IMG/VR virus record: IMGVR_UViG_3300047470_000343 | Span: 1 to 64,000 of that record | Length of the DNA: 64,000 bases | Source: a virus | Reading direction: 5' to 3' (one strand) | Shown: positions 19,549-28,915 of the stretch, one piece after another | Layout: every line of letters starts with the position of its first letter | Numbering within the stretch: position 1 is the stretch's first letter | Notes under the pieces: model-generated | Told to the model about the DNA's origin: nothing | Seen by the model: only the letters and a program-made list of their open reading frames with translations | The model's database searches: none | Made by a program: the position numbers and the translations under genes

Positions 19549-20265
19549 ATGAGCGACGCAAGAAGCGCGAGCTCGCGGCAGCCCGAAAGTGGCGCCGCAG
19601 CACATCCGCTGGAGGAGGCCGCCGCCCAGGCCGCGGCCAATCCCAGTGACAAAGCCGCTCTCGCCGAGCTCTTCAACGCGCTTTATGAGCCGGTCGTCCG
19701 CTACATGCAGGCCCGCGTCTACGACCCGTGCCTTGCGGAAGACCTGGCGCAGGACGTGTTCGTGAAGCTCGTGCAGGGCATCGGCCGCTACACCGGCGGC
19801 GGCATCTACGGATGGGTGTGGGCGATAGCCCGCAGCACCGCGGCGGACCACTTCCGCCCGATGCGCAATCGTGGCTACGAGACGCCCACCGGCGAGATCT
19901 GGCAACTCGACGCCCCGAGCGCCGACATGGGCCCGGAAGAACTCGCCGAATGGGCGGACCTTCGGGTGGCAATCAACAGAAAGCTCTCCAAACTCCCCGA
20001 CGATCAGCAAGAAGTGTTGCGACTGCGCCTGATCGCCGGACTCTCTACCGCCGAGGTCGCTGAGGTAATGGCGAAGCCTGCGGGTACCATTCGCGTATTG
20101 CAGTGCCGCGCCCTTGCGAAGCTGCGGAAGCTGATGCCGGAAGGCAACAGTTCCATGGCTTCACTCCTGCTCTCGGCTACAGACCCGCAGCAGGAACAGG
20201 CTTTGATGAATGCGGCGCCAGTGGTCGTGACGGTGAGGGAGATTAGGCATGCTGAGTCGCGATAG
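19549..20265 (+). CDS. ECF RNA polymerase sigma factor, BldN/SigD-like
   Basis: Region 2 AEDLAQDVF..WVWAIAR..ADHFR; region 4 LPDDQQEVLRLR..GLSTAEVAEVM..GTIRVLQCRAL. Confidence 0.9.
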   Translation: MSDARSASSRQPESGAAAHPLEEAAAQAAANPSDKAALAELFNALYEPVVRYMQARVYDPCLAEDLAQDVFVKLVQGIGRYTGGGIYGWVWAIARSTAADHFRPMRNRGYETPTGEIWQLDAPSADMGPEELAEWADLRVAINRKLSKLPDDQQEVLRLRLIAGLSTAEVAEVMAKPAGTIRVLQCRALAKLRKLMPEGNSSMASLLLSATDPQQEQALMNAAPVVVTVREIRHAESR

Positions 20266-20635
20266 TGGCCACGCCGCGGAGCGCCTTGACCGATGCCTGT
20301 CGGGCGACGCAGTCCCACACGACGCGGACACCCGCAACGCGGTGACGCTCGCCCGGCTGCTCATGCCGAAGCGCCCCATCAGCCAGGCCGCCCGCGACCA
20401 CGCCTTCGAGGCGATGATGCGTGAGGCGGACCGCGTCGGCCGCACCCCCTCGAACACCGAAGCCGCCCCCGCGGATGTTGTTGACCCTGGGGTCAACATT
20501 CGAACTGCGAGCGCCGGCCACGGGCTCACCCTGCGCGTCGCCGACATCGAACACGTCGACGACGCGCGTATGGAGGAGATCGCCGCCCGGGTCGCGGAGC
20601 GCCTCGGGCAGAGAGCACCGGATCGGAACCCGTGA
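20249..20635 (+). CDS. hypothetical protein coupled to the sigma gene
   Basis: Overlaps the sigma stop and the next start. Confidence 0.65.
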   Translation: MLSRDSGHAAERLDRCLSGDAVPHDADTRNAVTLARLLMPKRPISQAARDHAFEAMMREADRVGRTPSNTEAAPADVVDPGVNIRTASAGHGLTLRVADIEHVDDARMEEIAARVAERLGQRAPDRNP

Positions 20636-22311
20636 GCGGACTGCAAGAACTGCGGGTTCTCCAGGAGGACATGGGCTCGGACGCCGTCACGTTCGAGAAC
20701 ACCCAAGAGGGCGTCACCTACCTGTTCATCAACCCGAACCAGAGCTTTGAGTCCGCAGTCAAAAGCGTGATGAGGGCCTGCCCTGACCTCACCCTCACCG
20801 AGGTCCAGGAGCTCATCCGCAAGCACTGCCACGACATCGTCGAGATGAACGCACGGATGGGCGCCGCTCAGCAGCCCATCCCGCGCTTCGACACCCCCTA
20901 TGACCTCGCCCCGGTCCCGGCAGAGGACAAGGGAGCGCACCGGCGGCCCCGGCCGCCCAGGTGGGCCCGTATCGCCGCCGTCGCCGCCCCGGCCCTGGTC
21001 GGCGGCACGCTGATCGCCCACTTCTTCAGCCCCGCCGGGGACAACGCCCAGGGCGGCTCCGGCAACGGCATCACCGTCAGCCAGCAGGACACGGCCAGCG
21101 TCTTCGACGACCCCACGTACAAGCAGTTCGTGGCCGACGGCAGCCTGCGCTGCCAGCCGCTCGGACAGTACGCGGCCAAGTGCGTCGACGAGGACGGCCA
21201 GATCATGCTCTCCGAGGCGAGCGTGGGCGACTCCGCCGTGTTCACGTTCTCCTACGACGACGAGAAGATCGGCTTCCGAGTCTTCGAGGACGCCTCGGAC
21301 GCCAAGCTCTGGTACTCCGAGGACGGCAACCGCCGGCTCTACGACAACATGAAGATCGTCGGCCGGGTTGTGCTCTGGGGCACGGACACCAAGCGCGTAC
21401 GCGACTGGGGCAACGCCCTTGCCACGCAGTCCTCCAACCAGTCTTCCGTCATGGGACACCAGATCCCGCAGAGCGCACTCAGCGCCCTTCCCCCGCGCCT
21501 GGCCGTGCTCGCCTTGGGCACCCTCGGCATTGGTGACACGAGCAAGGTCAAAGCGCCCGCCGGGTCCATCCATGCGGCGCAGACCCTGCGCGCGGTGGAA
21601 TTGGTCATGGGCCTCGCCGAGGACGATGACGGCCGCGGTTACAGGAACGTTCCTGCGGGCCCCAGTGACGCGGTTGCCGTCGCGGCGGATGCGCCCCGGC
21701 CGCCGGTGTGGGGTGCGGGCAACGGTGTCGGCCCGAGCGCTGTCGCCAGCCCGTCACCGGTGACCGACCCGGTGAGTACGGCCACGGCCCCGGCTCCCGA
21801 GCCTCAGCCTCCGGCCGCTGCCTCTCCGGCGCCTGAGCCCCCGGCGTCCACCGCGCCGACGGCTCCGGCAGCCCCTCCGCCCGCGACCGCACCCCCGGCG
21901 AGCACGACACCGTCCGCCCCCGCGTCGGCGCCGCCCGCGAGCGTGAGATCGGAACCCCCGGCGGACATCACCACCACCACGCTGCCGCCGGCCGACGCGA
22001 CGACTCCGCCGGTAGCGGTGAGCGAACCGGCCCCCGCGCCGTCGGAGCCCGCGGCGCCGACGCCGGTGCAGCCGGTGGCGGATGCCCCGCAGCAGGACCC
22101 CGTGCCGGTGGCCCCGGCTTCGGGCGAACTGGCTCCCGTCGACCAGGCGCCCGCCGATCCGGCGCCCGTCGAGTCCATCGAGTCGGTTCCTGCCGATCCG
22201 GCGGCGACCGAACCGGCCGAGGAGACACCGGCACCGTCCGACGCAGCCGAGGAGGACGGGGGCAGCGACGACCTGCTCATCCTGGACTCCTCATGGACAG
22301 TCGGAGCCTGA
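20632..22311 (+). CDS. single-pass membrane protein with Pro/Ala-rich tail, candidate anti-sigma factor
   Basis: TM IAAVAAPALVGGTLIAHFF, extracytoplasmic domain, PA-rich C-terminus; same operon as sigma. Confidence 0.6.
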   Translation: MSGLQELRVLQEDMGSDAVTFENTQEGVTYLFINPNQSFESAVKSVMRACPDLTLTEVQELIRKHCHDIVEMNARMGAAQQPIPRFDTPYDLAPVPAEDKGAHRRPRPPRWARIAAVAAPALVGGTLIAHFFSPAGDNAQGGSGNGITVSQQDTASVFDDPTYKQFVADGSLRCQPLGQYAAKCVDEDGQIMLSEASVGDSAVFTFSYDDEKIGFRVFEDASDAKLWYSEDGNRRLYDNMKIVGRVVLWGTDTKRVRDWGNALATQSSNQSSVMGHQIPQSALSALPPRLAVLALGTLGIGDTSKVKAPAGSIHAAQTLRAVELVMGLAEDDDGRGYRNVPAGPSDAVAVAADAPRPPVWGAGNGVGPSAVASPSPVTDPVSTATAPAPEPQPPAAASPAPEPPASTAPTAPAAPPPATAPPASTTPSAPASAPPASVRSEPPADITTTTLPPADATTPPVAVSEPAPAPSEPAAPTPVQPVADAPQQDPVPVAPASGELAPVDQAPADPAPVESIESVPADPAATEPAEETPAPSDAAEEDGGSDDLLILDSSWTVGA

Positions 22312-22319
22312 ACACCCCG

Positions 22320-22350
22320 AAGGGGCCCCGGACATGGTCCGGGGCCCCTT
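22320..22350. terminator. bidirectional hairpin terminator
   Basis: AAGGGGCCCCGGAC-ATG-GTCCGGGGCCCCTT between convergent genes. Confidence 0.7.
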
Positions 22351-22368
22351 CGCGTGTCCTGTGCACGG

Positions 22369-22866
22369 TCAGAAAGGCGGCTCGTCGCCGTACGCGGCGG
22401 GCGTGCCCGCCGCACCCGTCCGGGCGGGCGCGCCGCCCGTGGCCCACGGGTCGTCGGCGGGCGGTCCCGACTGCTGACGCTGCTGGCTCTGGCCGCCGCC
22501 CCCAGACGTCTTGGTCACCTTCGCCGTGGCGTTCTTCAGGCTCGCGCCGACCTCCTCGACGTCCAGCTCGTACACGGTGCGCTTGACGCCCTCGCGGTCC
22601 TCGTACGAGCGCTGCTTGAGCCGTCCCTGAACGATGACGCGCATGCCGCGCTGGAGTGACTCCGCGGCGTTCTCCGCGGCTTGACGCCACACCGAGCAGG
22701 TCAGGAACAGGCTGTCGCCGTCCTTCCACTCGTTGGTCTGCCGGTCGAAGGTCCGCGGAGTCGACGCGATACGGAACTTGGCCACCGCGGCGCCGGACGG
22801 GGTGAAGCGGAGTTCTGGGTCGTCGACCAGGTTGCCGACGACGGTTATGACGGTCTCGCCTGCCAC
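22369..22866 (-). CDS. ssb: single-stranded DNA-binding protein
   Basis: [30 protein letters not shown], typical actinobacterial SSB. Confidence 0.97.
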   Translation of the reverse strand: MAGETVITVVGNLVDDPELRFTPSGAAVAKFRIASTPRTFDRQTNEWKDGDSLFLTCSVWRQAAENAAESLQRGMRVIVQGRLKQRSYEDREGVKRTVYELDVEEVGASLKNATAKVTKTSGGGGQSQQRQQSGPPADDPWATGGAPARTGAAGTPAAYGDEPPF

Positions 22867-22921
22867 AGGTGGGCCTTTCGAGGATGGCGGCCGGCCCGCG
22901 GATGCGGACCGGCCGGGTTGG

Positions 22922-23863
22922 TCAGGAGAACAGCAGCTTCCACGTGGCCGGGCCGGGGATGCCGTCCGCGTCGCCCTTCAGCGAGGCGTGCGCGAGCTGG
23001 AACGCCTTGGTGGCCTTCCGGTCGGACTCCGTCCACTTCGGGCCGGGGCCCGAACTGTAGTACTTGCCGTACCCCTTCTTCGTGAGCTGCCTGCCCAGCG
23101 CGGTGACGTGCACGTTCTTCTTGCCCGGCCCGAAGTACTGGCGGCCGGGGAACGGCGGCGCGGGCTTCGGGACGATCTTCGGGAAGTGCACGGGCGGAGT
23201 CGTCGGCTTGCTCGCCGTGTCGTCGCCCTTGGCCAGGGCGACGATCGTCTTGGCCTTCGCGAGGATCTTCCCGAACGGGATGCTGCCCGGGTCGCCGTGC
23301 CAGTTCTCGGGGGCGTGCATGTGCCCGCAGATGCCGGAGAACTTGTTCCACTCGGCGTACGACATGCGCACGCTGGTCGCGCCGTACGAGGACGGATAGG
23401 GCAGCCACTTGTCCGGCCCGGTGAGCGGGATGCCTTCGTTGAGGTGAAGCCAGGCGATGACCTCGGCCAGCTCGTCGTACGCCCACTCAGGGGCGTCCGG
23501 CCAGTAGATGTAATCCACCCCGGCCTTGAGCTTGCCCCACGACGTCTTGTGCGCCGGGTCGCAGGTGCCCACGAGCTCCAGTTGGATCACGTTCAGGGTG
23601 TTGGTCTCGACGCCGCCGCTCGCGTTCACCAGGGCCCGCGCGGAGCGGTTCAGCGCGAAGTGCTGGTACATCTCCAGCTTCTCCATGCTGATGAGCGGCA
23701 GGCCGGTCAGGTTCGGGGCTTCGGCTCCGTTGCTGTAGGAGACGACGCCCGTCCCCTCCGTCGTGTGCAGACACAGAACGTTGGGATCCATGAGGGATCC
23801 CTCGTACGTGTCGCCGTACCAGTGCGTGCCGCGTATCGCGCCGGGATACAGGGTGGTCGTCAT
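22922..23863 (-). CDS. endolysin: N-acetylmuramoyl-L-alanine amidase plus peptidoglycan-binding domain
   Basis: [27 protein letters not shown]; C-terminal [14 protein letters not shown]. Confidence 0.9.
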   Translation of the reverse strand: MTTTLYPGAIRGTHWYGDTYEGSLMDPNVLCLHTTEGTGVVSYSNGAEAPNLTGLPLISMEKLEMYQHFALNRSARALVNASGGVETNTLNVIQLELVGTCDPAHKTSWGKLKAGVDYIYWPDAPEWAYDELAEVIAWLHLNEGIPLTGPDKWLPYPSSYGATSVRMSYAEWNKFSGICGHMHAPENWHGDPGSIPFGKILAKAKTIVALAKGDDTASKPTTPPVHFPKIVPKPAPPFPGRQYFGPGKKNVHVTALGRQLTKKGYGKYYSSGPGPKWTESDRKATKAFQLAHASLKGDADGIPGPATWKLLFS

Positions 23864-23935
23864 TGCGTGCGTCCTCCGAGACCGTGGGGCTTGGAGGACG
23901 CAGGGTGGCGACCGGAGAGGGTTAACGTCCCGGGC

Positions 23936-24535
23936 TCACTCCTCGCCCGGGTCGGCGTCGTCGGGGTACTGGAGGGCGTGCAGCGTCTCGGCGAGACGGG
24001 TCGCGAGGTCGGCGGCCGGGCCGGTCTGCTCGACTTGCAGCGGGCCCCCGGCGGCGCCGGTGAGCTCGACCTCCAGGTGGTCCTCCTTGCCGTACTGCTT
24101 GCGGTGCTGCCGCTCCAGATACCAGGCAGCCGCACGCCAGTCCGGGGGAGTCGTGATCGTCTCTTCGAGCACCTTCCCCGAGTGCGGGTCGAACTTCCTG
24201 TGCGTGGTGACGATGCCGCCGCGGCTGGCCCGGCGGATGTCGAGCGCTGCCGACAGCGCGGCCGCGGACCGGGCCCGCTCGATCTTCTCGAAGAACTCCA
24301 CGAACACGTCGAGCTCGGGGTCCGGGTCGGTGCCGGCCGCCCGGTCGACGCACTCCGTACGGCCGTAGGCCATCCACCGCAGGAACGTGGCCCGGGAAAT
24401 GCCCGCGTGAACGGCCGCCAGGTCCACGGCGAGACCCGCCCGGCTCGCCTCGATCAGCCGGTCCTCGACCTCGGGCGTCATCAGCCGCGCTCGCGCCGGA
24501 GTGGCGGAGCGGCGACGGTGCTTACGGCGAGCCAT
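23936..24535 (-). CDS. terminase small subunit-like protein
   Basis: HTH AAVHAGISRATFLRW; DWRAAAWYLER..YG; ELTGAAGGPL. Confidence 0.7.
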   Translation of the reverse strand: MARRKHRRRSATPARARLMTPEVEDRLIEASRAGLAVDLAAVHAGISRATFLRWMAYGRTECVDRAAGTDPDPELDVFVEFFEKIERARSAAALSAALDIRRASRGGIVTTHRKFDPHSGKVLEETITTPPDWRAAAWYLERQHRKQYGKEDHLEVELTGAAGGPLQVEQTGPAADLATRLAETLHALQYPDDADPGEE

Positions 24536-24561
24536 GGCGCGGACCGTAGATGATCACCTGG

Positions 24562-25194
24562 TTACTGTCCCGGCGTGAACAGATGCCCGCACTCCGGGCA
24601 GCACACGTTCTGGGAGCGCTCGTTGTCGCCGCTGTCGCCGTACCCGCGGTCGTCGAAGTCCTCACCGGTCAGGCGCTCCTGGGTTTCGTCGTCCTCGCCC
24701 GCAGGGCCTTGGGGCAGCTTCTCGGGGTCGACCTGCCGCAGGAGCTGTTCCATCTCGTCGTCGGTGTAGGCGAGCGAGTCGAACAGGTCGGCGTCGGACG
24801 TCGCGAGGTCTTCGAGGATCTCGGCGAGTGCAGCGGGGTACCAGCCGCCCGCCTCGCCCAGTCGGTTGAGGAGGATGAGCACGGCGTGCGCTTCACGGTC
24901 GTGGCTGGAGTACCAACCGCGGGTCACGGGCACCAGCCATCCGCCGTCGTCGTCCACCAGCAGCCCGTCGGGCATGGACTCGCCGCGGACCTGCATCTCG
25001 ATCAGCGCGGCGCGGCGGCCGTGCCCGGCGATCGTCAGGCCGGTGCGTTCGTCGACCACAGGCGTGTTGATGAACCCGTGCTCGATGATGCTCGCAATGA
25101 TCCGCTCGATCTCGTGCTTCTTCGGGTTCGCGGGGTCCGGCGGCAGGTCGGTCAGCGGGATGTACGAGATGTAGCGGGGCGCCTCAAGTGGCAT
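24562..25194 (-). CDS. ParB/Srx N-terminal domain protein with C-terminal Zn ribbon
   Basis: DPANPKKH..GFINTPVVD..IAGHGRRAAL; CPECGHLF. Confidence 0.8.
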   Translation of the reverse strand: MPLEAPRYISYIPLTDLPPDPANPKKHEIERIIASIIEHGFINTPVVDERTGLTIAGHGRRAALIEMQVRGESMPDGLLVDDDGGWLVPVTRGWYSSHDREAHAVLILLNRLGEAGGWYPAALAEILEDLATSDADLFDSLAYTDDEMEQLLRQVDPEKLPQGPAGEDDETQERLTGEDFDDRGYGDSGDNERSQNVCCPECGHLFTPGQ

Positions 25195-25483
25195 GTGCTG
25201 CGGCTCCTGACGCGCAGTGGGTGAGAGGTGGGGAGCGGCCAGCGGCCTCGCGAGCCCGCGGACTTCTACCGCGGCATCCCGGCTCGCTACCGGGACATGC
25301 CGTCATGGCCTGGCCGTCGGGCCGCTCCCCATGGCCGGCGTCGCCTCACAAGTCCGGAAGAGACGGCGCCGGTGCCCGCAGCGGGTCCGGCGGAACGCGT
25401 CTCCGCCGGGCTCACTGAGGGCGAGGCGGAACGTAAGCCACGACGCGCGCTTGTGTCTTGCGCTCCGCCTCTGGCAAATGCCG

Positions 25484-25539
25484 GTTGACCTGGTGTACGT
25501 TTGCCCGGTGTAGCTGTACGAGCGAACAGCCGCACCGGG
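25484..25539 (+). promoter_or_regulatory. replication-operon leader: TTGACCTGGTGTACGTT box and ACGAGCGA hairpin copy 7
   Basis: CCCGGTG-TA-GCTGT-ACGAGCGA-ACAGC-CG-CACCGGG. Confidence 0.75.
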
Positions 25540-25653
25540 TCTGTTGTAACGAATTCCGGCCTCACTCCGTCCATAGGGCGAGAGATCAACCGGCGGCAGA
25601 CCCCCAGCTCCAAAGCCGGTACGACACCGGCACGCCAGAAGGGGATGACCTGC

Positions 25654-26229
25654 ATGTCCGAGGAAACGTCGAGCGGCGCGTCCGAGCAGACGCCGCCCGA
25701 GCCGACCCCCCAGGAACTCGCGCTGCGCGCCGCCTTGGCGTACCGCGTGATGGCCTGGTGGGAAGCCATGTGTGGCCCGATCATCAAGACCAACGCCGAG
25801 CGGATCCGGGACACCCCCGGAATGCTGACCACCCTGGCCGAGGTCGACGGCGCCCGGGTTGCGACGTTCACCGAGAGCAAGAGGCGCCCGTTCTTCGAGA
25901 TCACCGACCGGGACAAGTTCTTTGACTGGGCGGACGAGCAGGGCGAGACCGAGTGGGTCATCCGCAAGTCCTTCGAGAACGCGATCCTCAAGAAGCGTGC
26001 CCGGTGGAACGCGGCGACCGGTGAAGCGGTCGACTCCATCACCGGCGAGGTGATCCCCGGCGTGGTCCAGAACCCGGGCGGGGCGCACATCTCCGTACTG
26101 CCCACGTTCACGGACGCCGGGGCGGAACTCCTCGACAACGCCCTGAACGCCATCTTCGGGCAGGCTGCTGCCGCCCTGCCGATGCTCGGCGCGGCCCCGG
26201 CCGCCGAGGACGCGGAGGCCGGCGCATGA
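25654..26229 (+). CDS. phage hypothetical protein
   Basis: First gene of the replication operon; VDSITGEVIPGV motif common in phage recombination-region proteins. Confidence 0.65.
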   Translation: MSEETSSGASEQTPPEPTPQELALRAALAYRVMAWWEAMCGPIIKTNAERIRDTPGMLTTLAEVDGARVATFTESKRRPFFEITDRDKFFDWADEQGETEWVIRKSFENAILKKRARWNAATGEAVDSITGEVIPGVVQNPGGAHISVLPTFTDAGAELLDNALNAIFGQAAAALPMLGAAPAAEDAEAGA

Positions 26230-26519
26230 GCACGGCACCCAACTTCCGCTTCGCGCCCTGCGCCACCGTCGACCCCGAGGCCATGTTCCCGCTCCCGACG
26301 GACGAGGACGGCGTCGCCGCAGCCAAGCGGATATGCGGAGACTGCGACTTCCGCGCCCAGTGCCTGGAGTGGGCCCTGTCGCCCACCACCCGGGCCAACG
26401 AGGGCGTGTTCGGCGGCGCGTCGGAGAACGAGCGGCGCCGGATGAAGCGCGGCCGCAAGGTCCCGTACCGGATCGGCCCCATGCCCTCGAAGCAGCAGCG
26501 CCACGCCATCGACGCATGA
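26226..26519 (+). CDS. WhiB-family (Wbl) transcription factor
   Basis: C..DPEAMFP..AKRICGDC..QCLEWAL..GVFGG..ERR. Confidence 0.92.
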   Translation: MSTAPNFRFAPCATVDPEAMFPLPTDEDGVAAAKRICGDCDFRAQCLEWALSPTTRANEGVFGGASENERRRMKRGRKVPYRIGPMPSKQQRHAIDA

Positions 26520-26584
26520 CCACTGATCGGCCGTCCACCCCCGGCGTCAGCCGGGGGGCCGGGCACCACACGCAAGGAACCGCC

Positions 26585-26908
26585 GTGATCTCTCCAGACC
26601 TTCGCCTGCGGCTGATCGACCAGGCCACCGACCAACTGGGCGCCGAGCTCAGTCAGACCACGCTGGCCCTGTACGTGCGCCACCTGCGCCGCACCGACCT
26701 CGACGTCACCGAGTGGCACCGCTGCGCCGACCTCGCCGAGTCCGGCCAGTGCAGCCACCACCAAGCGCGCGTTGCTGCCGCCCAACTCGTCCGCGCCGGA
26801 CTGCTGGAGCGCACCAACGTCCCGCGCCGCGTCCGCGGGCAAGACGGCCGCTACACCGCCTACCGGCTCGTCCTGCCCGCCCACGGTCAAGAAGGAGCGG
26901 CGCTGTGA
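26585..26908 (+). CDS. HTH-like hypothetical protein
   Basis: AQLVRAGLLER..R.QDGRY..Y pattern. Confidence 0.55.
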   Translation: MISPDLRLRLIDQATDQLGAELSQTTLALYVRHLRRTDLDVTEWHRCADLAESGQCSHHQARVAAAQLVRAGLLERTNVPRRVRGQDGRYTAYRLVLPAHGQEGAAL

Positions 26909-27963
26909 TCGACCCCATGGACGAGCTCGACGAGCAGCTCGAAGTCGTCGCCGGGCGCAAGGCCCCGTACAGCACCGTCCCGGACTGGGTGACCCTGTTC
27001 CCCGGGAAGGCGCTGTCCCCGACCGCCAAGGCCGTGTACGCAGTGCTGGCCATGCACGTCAACGTCTCCAAGCGCGATGACGCGTGCTGGCCCTCGCGCA
27101 AGGAGATCGCCAACATTCTCGGCTTCTCGCGCGAGCAGTCCGTGGACAAGTACCTCGAAGAACTCGACTCCGTGGACGCCATCGAGCGCGAGCCGGTGAC
27201 CCGCCCCAACGGCGCCCGCGGCGTGCGGTACATCGTCCACCAGACGCCGCCCCCCGGGTTCAAGGGGGAGCAGACCATCGCCGAGTACTACATGCGCCGC
27301 CGCAAGGAGCGCGCCGAGGAGGGCACCCCCAAGCCGGGCCGCCCCCGCAAGACCGCTGCGCCGGCCGCCGCGCCCGCGCCCAAGGACACCCCGGCCGCGG
27401 AGGCGCCCGAGGAGAAGCCGACGGCCGCCCGGAGGGCCCCGGCCAAGAAGACCGCTCCGGCCAAGACGACCGCCGCGAAGAAGGCGCCCGCGAAGAAGGC
27501 CGCCGCTGCGAAGCCCGAGCCGAAAGAGCTCACCCCCGAGCAGCAGGCCCTCAAGAAGCTCGTGGACGCCGCAGCCGACGGTTGGTGGACGGAAGCCAAG
27601 CGGCTCGTCGAGGAGAAGAAGATGGGCCCGCTCATGGGCAGCCCGCGGGCGAGGAGCGGCTACTTCCTGAACCTGCGCACCCGGATTCAGGAAGCGTTCG
27701 AGGCCGGATACGACCGATACGCCGTCTGGCACGCCCTGCACGCGGTGGGCGAGTGGTCCCCCGCGAAGCGCGAGTTCGACCGCGCGCTCCGGGCGGCCGC
27801 CGGGATCGACGTGCCCGGTCGGCGCAGGAACGGCCCCACCCCCCTGTTCCGCAACGACCAGTGGAAGCAGGACAAGCCCACCCACGACACGACCACCCCG
27901 GCCACGACCGGCCCGGCGCGGCCGAACCTCGACGCGTTCGGCGTCGACGCCCAGCCTGCGTAA
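26905..27963 (+). CDS. phage replication initiator (HTH) with PAKK repeats
   Basis: LSPTAKAVYAVL..CWPSRKEIANILG..SVDKYLEEL; upstream of a DnaC-like ATPase. Confidence 0.8.
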   Translation: MIDPMDELDEQLEVVAGRKAPYSTVPDWVTLFPGKALSPTAKAVYAVLAMHVNVSKRDDACWPSRKEIANILGFSREQSVDKYLEELDSVDAIEREPVTRPNGARGVRYIVHQTPPPGFKGEQTIAEYYMRRRKERAEEGTPKPGRPRKTAAPAAAPAPKDTPAAEAPEEKPTAARRAPAKKTAPAKTTAAKKAPAKKAAAAKPEPKELTPEQQALKKLVDAAADGWWTEAKRLVEEKKMGPLMGSPRARSGYFLNLRTRIQEAFEAGYDRYAVWHALHAVGEWSPAKREFDRALRAAAGIDVPGRRRNGPTPLFRNDQWKQDKPTHDTTTPATTGPARPNLDAFGVDAQPA

Positions 27964-27974
27964 GTGAGACGAGA

Positions 27975-28802
27975 ATGGAGCCGGACGACATGGCGATGAT
28001 GGCGACTGCGCCCGACGTGGACATCGCAGGCATGGCCCCCGTGGGCGGCAGCATCGGGAAGTTGGCCGCCATCCTGCAACGGAGGGGCTTGGACCCCGCC
28101 GCGGCACGCTTCACCGAGGACCGGCCCGACGACACCGACGAGTACCAGACGCAGGTGTACCGGCAGGCATGGGAGAACTCCCTGCGCCGCTCCGAGCACC
28201 ACGACTACCTGCGCTACCAACTCGCCAACCTCGAAGAGGACGAGCGGGAATTCCTCCAGACGTACGTCGACCAGCACGTCGCCGTACGGAAGATGCAGCG
28301 GCAGCAGAACAAGCTGCCGCCGGAGGAGCGTCAGCACCTGCGCCCCAACATCCTCAACGTGATCCTTGCCGGAAGCGTGGGGGCGGGGAAGACGGTCGCG
28401 GCCGCGGCCGCCGCCCGGTACGCCGTCGACAACGGCCTGATGGCCCGGTTCGTGCCGCACACCCTCTATCTGGACTGGCTGCGCCCGGACCGTGCCCCGT
28501 CGGGGATGACGGCGCTCAGCGTGGTCGAGTTCTACGAGCGGTGCGACCTCCTCGTACTGGACGACCTGGGGCACGAGATGGAGCAGTACGCCACCAACCA
28601 CGTGCGCACCAAGACGTCCGAGCTGATCACCGCGCGGATCAACTCCAACCGGCCGACCCTGTTCACCACGAACCTGACGTCGGAACAGATCACTGAAGTC
28701 CTCGGCGACGCGCTGTTCTCCCGGATCGGGATGCGCGCCGAGGTCTGGGAGATGACCGGAGTCGACCGCAGGCAGCCGAAACAGTGGGGCAAACGCCGCT
28801 AA
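27975..28802 (+). CDS. DnaC/IstB-like helicase loader ATPase
   Basis: Walker A GSVGAGKT, Walker B LLVLDDLG, RPTLFTTNL, SRI. Confidence 0.88.
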   Translation: MEPDDMAMMATAPDVDIAGMAPVGGSIGKLAAILQRRGLDPAAARFTEDRPDDTDEYQTQVYRQAWENSLRRSEHHDYLRYQLANLEEDEREFLQTYVDQHVAVRKMQRQQNKLPPEERQHLRPNILNVILAGSVGAGKTVAAAAAARYAVDNGLMARFVPHTLYLDWLRPDRAPSGMTALSVVEFYERCDLLVLDDLGHEMEQYATNHVRTKTSELITARINSNRPTLFTTNLTSEQITEVLGDALFSRIGMRAEVWEMTGVDRRQPKQWGKRR

Positions 28803-28870
28803 CCGCGCTGGTAGCGGAATGGATCGGTGACGCGGGGCCGCGGGTGATCTACCCTGGGCGATTGCACCGG

Positions 28871-28890
28871 GCGCTCACGAGCGAGGGCGC
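28871..28890 (+). promoter_or_regulatory. ACGAGCGA hairpin copy 8
   Basis: GCGCTC-ACGAGCGA-GGGCGC (one G:U pair). Confidence 0.7.
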
Positions 28891-28915
28891 CTGACTGACG
28901 CTCAGGAGGACACCC

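Noticed and set aside
22881-22910. Additional late promoter upstream of ssb (and one near 33250)
   Set aside because: Only one half of the bipartite motif matches, so they were not counted
24562-25194. Partition ParB or DNA methyltransferase
   Set aside because: Only the ParB/Srx N-terminal domain is present, with no methyltransferase motifs and no link to parA; such genes commonly sit near terminase genes
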